DNA from: Octopus vulgaris
Lineage: Eukaryota
Reading direction: 5' to 3'
Length of the DNA stretch: 64,000 nucleotides
Assembly: GCA_951406725.2 (NCBI GenBank)
Contig: OX597819.1
Coordinates: 27,652,001 to 27,716,000, forward strand
Shown piece after piece: positions 54,251-64,000 of this stretch. Under the pieces are notes generated by a model, which had not been told where the DNA came from, did no database searches, and saw only the letters and a program-made list of their open reading frames with translations. Positions within the stretch are counted from its first letter, which is position 1, and every line of letters starts with the position of its first letter. The position numbers and the translations under genes are program-made.

Positions 54251-55489
54251 CAAGGTATTCGGGTTAAAATTTGACGCTTTTTTATGTCCTTTTTTACAGA
54301 AACAACTTGACGTATTGGTGAACAGTCCACGGCATTGGAGCATAAAGAGTAAAGTTATAAAATAGAAAAAGTTAGCTGGCATGAAGTACTGGAAGCGATC
54401 CGAATATAGGAAAGAGTTACATGTATCATGATGTTTTGCGCCGAGTATCAAAATGCCGGCATCATAACCGCTACTTAATTTCCTGTAAACACTGTAAAGG
54501 CTGTAAGACATGACATGGACAGCTGCAACGGATACTACGAAACCGTAACCAGCATGTGTTCTGATTGTTTGCACAACGGAATTCATCGAACAACTGCAGG
54601 ACAAGATGATTGTAGATTCGTGCAAGCGAATCCAGGCTCTGACGAGAGAGATCAGTGTTGGAGTCGCCACCATGAATTTGGGCCCGAATGATGACCCTCA
54701 CTACCAGTAGTACAAGATGCACAAGGAATAAATTCTGACAGTCAAGGCTAAGGAGAACCACTTGACGAAGATAATGAAGCTTATGAACAAGCTGAAACAT
54801 CCTGTTGAGCTGGGAATGAACTGGTTCATTAAGACGAAAAGAACTACCAGAACCAGTTGCAACACCCAGAACGACAGGTGGTTTGCCTATAATTTATGTG
54901 ATGTCCCCAAGTATTATGAAAACCAAGTTATCTCAAACTGTGAAGATGACATCATGCAGCCCCACACCTTTGAACAGAGCCTCCGACTATGTTAGGCTGC
55001 TGAAGTCTGTGGTCGATCACTGGCAAGTGATGATTGCTGCTCGAAGGCCATATGTGTGGCAGTAGGATTCGACTCTTTGACATGCATACAGAAAGAGTCA
55101 GAAGTGGTTGTTGGATAATTACGACTTCACCAGCCCCCAATTTCTAGCCTCTTAATTCCCCCGATTTTAACTCCGTGGATCACTATGTGTAGGACACATA
55201 GTTGAGAAAGACAGCAACCGCTCTGACTGCAACACCAAAGCTGAGCTGGCGGTCAAGTTCAAAGAGGTGCTCGAAGACCTTCCCAGAGACATAGGGAGGA
55301 AGGCATTCGCCAAGTTCCGGAACCGTCCTCAGGCCGTGGTTGAAGCTGAGAGCGGCTACTTCGTGTTGAGCGTCATCTCCCAACCATAATGTTTTTTGTT
55401 TTGAATTTTTAAAAATACTTTTGTTCTTGGACGAAATATAGTGTTTCCTTTTCCCTTTATGGAAACTCAAATTTAGCCCGAACACCCTG
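54251..55489 (+). mobile_element. Near-full-length decayed Tc1/mariner element (maT/DD37D-like)
   Basis: TIRs CAAGGTATTCGGGTTAAAATTTGA / TCAAATTTAGCCCGAACACCCTG|TA. Frameshifted transposase with ..KLMNKLKHP..DEKN..NTQNDRW...NSPDFN.VDHYV...KFRNR.QAVVEAESGYF. Confidence 0.85.
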
Positions 55490-56284
55490 TATATATAAAC
55501 ATGTATTTATTCATATGTACATACATACATACATACATACATACATACATACATACATACATACATACAGACAGACAGACAGATAGATAAGTATATATAA
55601 ACATCTGTTTGCATAAATAGATACGCACACATATGCATGTGTGTATGTGTGCGCGTGCGAGTGTGTGTGTAAGCATGTGTCTGTATACACTCTATATATC
55701 CTTCCTTTATGATTTACAAGCTGAATAGCCAGTCGTTGCCGGGCAAATTTTATAATAGAATATCTTATGTAATGTTTTTTTTATTCCATGTCAGACCACG
55801 CGTTCCCCGACAGGTAGACCTCTTGATCAGGACTGATTTGTACAATTTTTTACAAAAAAAAAACTTCGTTGAGGATTTTTTTTTCCTTTTGAAATTATTT
55901 ATATGTCAGTTCGACCGCTTCATATGACTTTATTCATTAAAATTTATTAAAACTTCAGAAGTTCTTACAACTTTGGACGTCGTAATGCTTTGTTTTCGTT
56001 TGTTTGATAAAAAAAATTCTCCTCGTAATGATTTTGCTTTCATTATGTGATAGACAGCTATCATGCAGAAAATGCCAGCTTCCCAAACCTGTTTTCTGAT
56101 TAGAAAATTAATTAAACTTTGAACCTCAATAACATGTTTCTGCAATTTTTCTAGAACAAATAAATGATAAAATAGGATTTACCTTGGAAAATTATTTCAA
56201 TATACCAAATTTGGAACGTACGCATGGGTAACCACGTGTTTAAAATGGTGTATAGTAGACATGTTTATGTACGCATGTATGTAT

Positions 56285-56320
<36 letters not shown>

Positions 56321-56569
56321 TGTTTCATTGCGATGGACAGGCCACCTATTAACAACTGTTGTCAACTTATCCCCTCTCTCACTAAAGCTACGTATTCCTA
56401 AAAAACAAACCCTTCTTTCTCTTTCTCGGCGTTTTAAAAGTTACTTGTGTGTATTTGCGTGTGTGTGCGTGCATTGTGTATGTGTGTGTGTGTGTCTGTA
56501 TGTGTGTGTGTGTGTGCATCTATGTATTTAGGGAACTTTGTATACAGCGTCGCATGTATATCCCTGACT

Positions 56570-56925
56570 CCCTGACTAAGAGCTGTATTAACGCTACCAT
56601 CCCAATGCAACTCCATATATGTCGCTTACACAACTTTGTTCTCCCCTTCCCTGATATCAGCCACACTCACTACGACACTACATTACACCTCACACTAATA
56701 CTTCTGCACCCTTCTCAGTTGACCGGTAATGCCGAGAAAGTGCGCCCCCCACCCCACGGGGGGTGGGCATAGACTTTTATTGAAATTCAATTAGCTTATA
56801 ATTCAACTGGATGTTAATTTAACATGTATGCAAAGTTTCGTCAAGATTGGTTTACTGGTGTAGGCATCAAGATGGTAACAGGCAGACAAGTAGACAGACA
56901 AATTGCCATTTATGTATAAGATTAT
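56570..56925 (+). mobile_element. Possible non-autonomous Helitron/Helentron (DINE/Lep1-like)
   Basis: ATGTATGCAAAGTTTCGTCAAGATTGG...(AGAC)n..ATTTATGTATAAG 3' module and a GC hairpin at 56745-56768. Confidence 0.45.
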
Positions 56926-57515
56926 AAATAGTTACTTAACGTGTTCAGTGTTATATTAACTCTAATTACAATAAACGAAGACAGAAAAGCAAGGCGGCAG
57001 TCAATGTAATGATTGTAACGACTTTGTAAATGACTTAGGTATGTACTTAAATGAAGCATAATAATATAACACTAATTCCACGTTGCACACGCCGCTGCTG
57101 CAATCAAGGAATCCTAGCCAACAGAAAATCGTCAACGTAGTCGCTTGAGCCACTTGAAATAAGAGCTATTAAATCTCTGGCAAATTACACCACAAGCAGT
57201 TTGATCTAGCTCGTAGACACATTAGATGTGAAAAGAGGAGAAAGAAAGGGTGGTTTAGTCGCAACAGAAATGCTTTGATCATAGCGCCTTCTCCATTAGC
57301 GATGTTTAGTAACAAAGACAGTATCAGCGCTCTTTGTTTCTGGCTCCCCTATGCAACCTAATTTGTAACTGGAACAAATCTGAGTATTGTTATAGATAAT
57401 GAGATACATGTATATATACATATGCATGCACATTACACACATTCATTCATACATACATAAATGCACTTATACGTTCATGCGTGTATACATTTACAAAGAA
57501 ATATATATATATATA

Positions 57516-58104
57516 TATTAATAGTTATCGCCAAGCTAACATGGCAGTCCAGAAAAATAGGACGCATGCTGCTCCAAGAGGCCATCGCCTCTAGTTGGCT
57601 ATGTGGCACACGAACCTGTGCCCATTATAACCTTCGAACAAGGGAGGTCAGCGGCTTTCTCTTGCTGGTCTGGCACCTACGGGATAGTTTCAGGGTATTT
57701 GCCCCTTATCAATGTAGAGCAGCCGAACCAGACAGGTGTCGCTACTGACCGTCTGTTCGAATGATTATTTGCCTAAATTCAGTGGAATACATCCACTGCT
57801 TTTCGAAAATAGAAATATTAACATTTTTAAGTCTCTCTAAAGAAGACTACGACAGCGGTACCGGATATTAATAGTTATCGCCAAGATAACATGGCAGTCC
57901 AGAAAATAGGACGAATGCTGTCGTTGATTAGCTCCAAGAGGCCATCGCCTCTAGCTAGCTATATGACACACGAACCTGTGTCCATTATAAACTTCGAACA
58001 GGGGTGATCTATATCAATGTAGAGCAGCCGAACCAGGCAGGTGTCGCTACTGACTGTCTGTACGATAAGGAGCAAATAGCCTGAAATTAGTCTGTAGATG
58101 CCAG
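57516..58104 (-). mobile_element. Penelope/retrozyme-like tandem units (350-bp period) between TA runs, with decayed hammerheads
   Basis: Units start at 57516 and 57866. Hammerhead-like motif at 57676-57718 (minus) and an inverted partial copy at 58062-58104 (plus). Confidence 0.65.
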
Positions 58105-58118
58105 ATATATATATATAT

Positions 58119-58262
<144 letters not shown>

Positions 58263-58290
58263 ATGTATGAATATGCATTATGTATGGACT

Positions 58291-58328
<38 letters not shown>

Positions 58329-58345
58329 TAGAGAGATAGATAGAT

Positions 58346-58379
<34 letters not shown>

Positions 58380-58400
58380 TAGACAGATAGATAGACAGAC

Positions 58401-58494
<94 letters not shown>

Positions 58495-58742
58495 ACATAT
58501 ATACACATGTATAGATTATTAGGTCAACGACTGTGAAAATAATTCAGTACATTTAGAATGTAGAATATAAGTACATTTTAAAACATTATCTTGTATGTTC
58601 GTCAGAGATATGAACAAGTAGATACAATTTACATGATTCCAAAGTTAAAATATCTTAAATAATTAAAGTATTATAGAATAAACAAGCAAGTAATCTATAT
58701 CTTTATATGTGTGTGTATGTATAAATAGATAGATAGATAGAT

Positions 58743-58916
58743 AAGTTTCTTTATTGGCCACACAGGGCTGCACACAGATGGGACAAGTTACAAGGTAGAG
58801 CTTTTCTTTTGGGGGATGAAAAAAACAAAAAACAAAAGAAACAAAAAAAGGGGGTGGCGTAGGTTTTCGATCAAGAGGGATCGTAAAAGGGAAGAAAAGA
58901 ACAAATCGTAAAAGGG

Positions 58917-58919
<3 letters not shown>
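58743..58919 (-). mobile_element. Tx1-like LINE 3' end inserted in (GATA)n
   Basis: Nearly identical to 27376-27530. GATA repeats on both sides. Confidence 0.85.
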
Positions 58920-58976
<57 letters not shown>

Positions 58977-59257
58977 CAGATACACATATATAATATTTAT
59001 AAATATGTATGCATATATGTATATATATATGTGTGTGTATATAGATACATACATATATATATATGCACATATACATACACATATATATGTACATAGGTGT
59101 AAATATGTGTGTACATGTATGTATGTATGTATGTGCAGAGAGGCCAAAATATGCAACACTTTTCTAATCTGTTTGGAACTGTAGTGGGGCGGGGGGATGG
59201 TGGCTTCGGTTGAGGCAGTAGTAGTAACAACAGAGCTGGTTGTTTGTTGCAATGTTG

Positions 59258-59297
<40 letters not shown>

Positions 59298-59603
59298 GAT
59301 GATGATGAGGAGGAGGAGGCGTAGAGGTGTGCTGATGCTGATAGTGATGGCGGCGGTGGTGGTTGTGATGGTTGTAGTGGTTGTGGTAGTTGTAGTGGCT
59401 GGTTGGTTGTGGCGGTTGGTTGTTTGTGGTAACATGGTTATTTCGATTTGCCCTCAGGTGCACTTGAATACTTCGCAAACCAGGCAAGATCAACATCTGT
59501 TCCATAGATCCCCGGTTAAAAAACAATAACCGGTTAAAAACAATAACAAAAAAATAAAAAAACAAATAAATAAATAAATAATAATAATAATAATGATAAT
59601 AAC

Positions 59604-59731
<128 letters not shown>

Positions 59732-60005
59732 TAATAAACATAAATATAAGAAGAAAGAAACAAAAGAAAGAAAAAAAGAAAAACATGAAAGTATGAAAGA
59801 AAGGTAGAAAGAATACAAGCCGGAAATGGTAGCATCACATGACCTAGGCGTGGCTTTTATATTTGTTTCTTTGAAAAATATATTATTTTTCAATTTATAC
59901 GTTTTTAGGTTTCTTTTTCCAAACAGGCACAGATCGATAGATGCGTCATAGAAAAAACAGTTAAGTTACTGTATTTTTACAGAAACCAACCTCCATAAAA
60001 ATAAC

Positions 60006-60047
<42 letters not shown>

Positions 60048-60077
60048 GGGTGTGTATGTATGTATATAAGCATGTAC

Positions 60078-60112
<35 letters not shown>

Positions 60113-60148
60113 GAAGTATATGTATATGTATGTATATTCCTATATACA

Positions 60149-60224
<76 letters not shown>

Positions 60225-60346
60225 AAATACCGGTTTAAATGAGGGCGCAAAAAAGAGTTATTTCTATGATATCCCGCCTTCCTATTACCATTCCTTTTCT
60301 TTCATTCATAGTGTTTTATATATATGTATGCATGTATGTATGTATG

Positions 60347-60418
<72 letters not shown>

Positions 60419-60586
60419 GATATATACATATATACATATACACAGACATACATATATACGCACATACGTGCATTCATTCATGCATACATACATACATACA
60501 CACATACATACATACATACATATATACATACATATTCACGTGAACATACACTGACATGTACACACGCGCACAGATATATATACTGC

Positions 60587-60684
<98 letters not shown>

Positions 60685-60733
60685 GCATATATATACATAT
60701 ATATATGCACATATATATATATATACATATATG

Positions 60734-60825
<92 letters not shown>

Positions 60826-61268
60826 CATTCCTTGATGTTCTCTGTTACTCGTTCTTGGGTTCTTAACTTCCTTCTCTATTTCGTTATCTCACGTAATACT
60901 CAACTCAGATCCTTCCAAACATCTCCTCTTCCTCTTCCCTACCATTCTTTAATCATTCTCTTCCATCTCTTCCTCACCCTTCCTTACCATTCTACTTCAA
61001 CCGACACCTCCGCCACACACATGCGCACACATACACCGTCTGTGCAACACCTTGTTACTAAAAGAATTGGGAATTAAGCTCCGTGTTTTTTTTCCCTTAA
61101 GATATAATATATTCATGTCTCCTGTTGAACCCAAGTCGTTTCGACAACATCAAACGCTTCTCTCTGAAGGAACAAAAATCTAATACTGATAATAAAAATA
61201 AGAAGAATAAGAAGAGCAACAACAACAACAGCAACAATAAAAATGATAATAATAATAATAACAACAAC

Positions 61269-61317
<49 letters not shown>

Positions 61318-61843
61318 GTAATAAATGGTGTAGAAAATGAAGAATACGATGATAATGATGATAGCGACGACGACGATGATGATTACGATGATTACGATGA
61401 CGATGATGTTGCTGATGGTTGGAGGGGCGGAGGAGGCGAAGATGATGCCATGCAAAAAGACAGCCCAACATTCCATCAGTATATCACGGTTTGGAAAAAC
61501 TATAACAATTCACACATCCACCACCACCATCACCGCCATCGCGAAAGCGAAAATCATTATTGCCATTACAATCACCATCACCACCACCATCATCAGCAGC
61601 AGCAGCAGCAGCAGCTACCACCCACCTCCAGAAATATTATGAAAATGAATATCACCCTCGCCACCACCATCGTCGCCACCACCACCACCCCTACAACAAT
61701 ATCATCATTTACCCTATCATCATCATCATCACTATCAAGAAGTCCACATACAAACAAATATATATTATATATATATATATATATACACACATACATACAT
61801 ACATAAATACGCATATATGTGTGTATATTTATATGTCTATATG

Positions 61844-61908
<65 letters not shown>

Positions 61909-62045
61909 TTATATATATGTATATATATATATATACATACAGACACACTTTTCACTATTTTCCTTTTAGTTCTCCTCACTCCTCCACTCCCCACCTTCTC
62001 AGTGATCCAAAATGAAAGAATTGTATGGAATATTATCTGGGGAGT

Positions 62046-62109
<64 letters not shown>

Positions 62110-62166
62110 CATACATACATATATATATATACGCACACACTGGTAGATACAAGAACACATACTTAA

Positions 62167-62255
<89 letters not shown>

Positions 62256-62318
62256 CATGTATTGCAACGTTGTGAATACTCTCTGTTACTTCTACTCCGC
62301 GTTTTCACGTTCACTCAC

Positions 62319-62360
62319 CGTTCACACAACCGTTTCGCAATCTGTGATGAGTGCAAAACT
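62319..62360 (-). CDS. Candidate short exon (42 nt, phase 1-1)
   Basis: ctctctgttattactcAG acceptor, ACG|GTGAGT donor, frame [13 protein letters not shown]. Based on splice signals only. Confidence 0.2.
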
Positions 62361-62462
62361 CTGAGTAATAACAGAGAGTAATCCAGACTCAACGACAAGT
62401 AGTAACACTAATTTTGCATTGGTTTCTTTTCCTCGCGTTGTCAATTTGTCCAAACTAACATA

Positions 62463-62505
<43 letters not shown>

Positions 62506-63324
62506 GTATATGTATGTATATGTATATATATGTATGTATATACATACATATATATATATATATACATACATATACATATACATACATATACATACATATA
62601 CATATACATACATTTATATACATATGTATATATGTGTGTGTATATATATATATATATACATACACTCATACACACACGCATGTATATGTATGCATGTATG
62701 TATATGTATGCATGTATGTATGTATGCATGTATGTATGTATGCATGTATGTATGTATGTGTGTGTACACGCGCGTACGCGTATTTATCTATCATAATCTC
62801 CCGGCTTATGCGTATAAAAATTTACGCGCCATCACTCGCTCATACACGCATGCACATTAACACGTTATAAACTTGATCAGTTTTATTTGTCTATACACTA
62901 CTGATGACGGTATTTTTTTTTTTTTTGCTATTCTTTACTTCGTTAATACTTTCACTTTCGCTATTGCAGTTTTTATTATTGCTGTTGTTGTAGTCGTTGT
63001 TATAGTTGTTGTTGTTGTTGTCGCTGTTTGATGCCATTTTGCTCTCATTGATAACGTTCGTTATTCATGTTTGCCATTTTGTTGTTCTACGTTGTATGTG
63101 TATATTACTGAACTTGCTTCGCCAGGTTGCTTTTAAATGACGGCAAATAACTCATGCATAAGAAGAGAACAATTCACCTCAATTATCGACATATACATAT
63201 GTGTGTGTGTGTGTATAGATGGGGCTGGTTTGGCAGATTAATAGATAGATGGATAGATAGAGGCTTTATATGTGTGCATATGTGTGTGAGAGTGAGTGAG
63301 TGAGTGAGTGAGTGAGTCTATGTA

Positions 63325-63515
63325 TCTTTTATCTTTTACTTGTTTCAGTCACTTGACTGCGGCCATACTGGTGCACCGCCTAGATGAATTTTTAGTCGAA
63401 GAAATCGATTCTAGTACGTTTTTTTTTTTGTTTTTTGACTTTTTAAAGCCTGATATTTATTCTATCTGGCTCTCTTACCCAACCACTAAGTTACAGGGAC
63501 ATAAACACACCAACA
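63325..63515 (-). mobile_element. Diverged SINE A 3' half
   Basis: Match to the family A tail. Confidence 0.7.
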
Positions 63516-64000
63516 CATCTATGTATGTATGTACGTATGTATGTCTGCAGATTTGTATGTATGTATTCTCATGCATATAGCTGCATGTCTAGACATGCTC
63601 ATGTATACTTAAATGATAAACTTCTGGAAAGTTTTACAGATTTTTACTATGTATATATGTATGCATGCATGTATGTATGTACGTACGTATGTATGTATTT
63701 ATGTATGCATGCATGTATGTATGTTATGTATGTATGTGTGTATGTATGCATGCATGTATGTATGTACGTACATATGTATGTACTTATGTATGCATGTATT
63801 TATGTATGTATGTTATGTATGTTATGTATGTATGTATGTATGTATGTATGTATGTATGTTTTGTATGTATGTATGTATGTATGTATGTATGTATGTATGT
63901 ATGTATGTACGTTTTTCTCTTTCTAATTTAAAACTATATTTGACCGGCCACTTATTTGGTAGCAAGGAATGTATCTTGTTTTAACCACCATACTTTAAAT

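Overview
Eukaryotic, AT-rich and extremely microsatellite-rich DNA ((TA)n, (CA)n, (TACA)n, (GATA)n, (AAT)n, (AAG)n). The repeat content looks like a cephalopod (Octopus-like) intron or intergenic region; that assignment is an inference from the SINE families and repeat density. Almost all ORFs in the supplied track are simple-repeat artefacts. Supported content: three or four tRNA-derived SINE families in many copies; decayed CR1/L2-type, R4/Dong-type and Tx1/L1-type LINE fragments; Tc1/mariner and hAT remnants; a 30-bp minisatellite; and a few low-confidence minus-strand exon candidates. Two signals stand out. (i) Short Penelope-like terminal fragments sit in (TA)n tracts, often as fold-backs, and several carry minimal type-I hammerhead ribozyme motifs whose stem III is a short palindrome that differs between families. 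(ii) A Tx1-like LINE has four 3' ends that all abut (GATA)n arrays, suggesting microsatellite-specific targeting. No intact protein-coding gene, rRNA, true tRNA or CRISPR array is recognisable.
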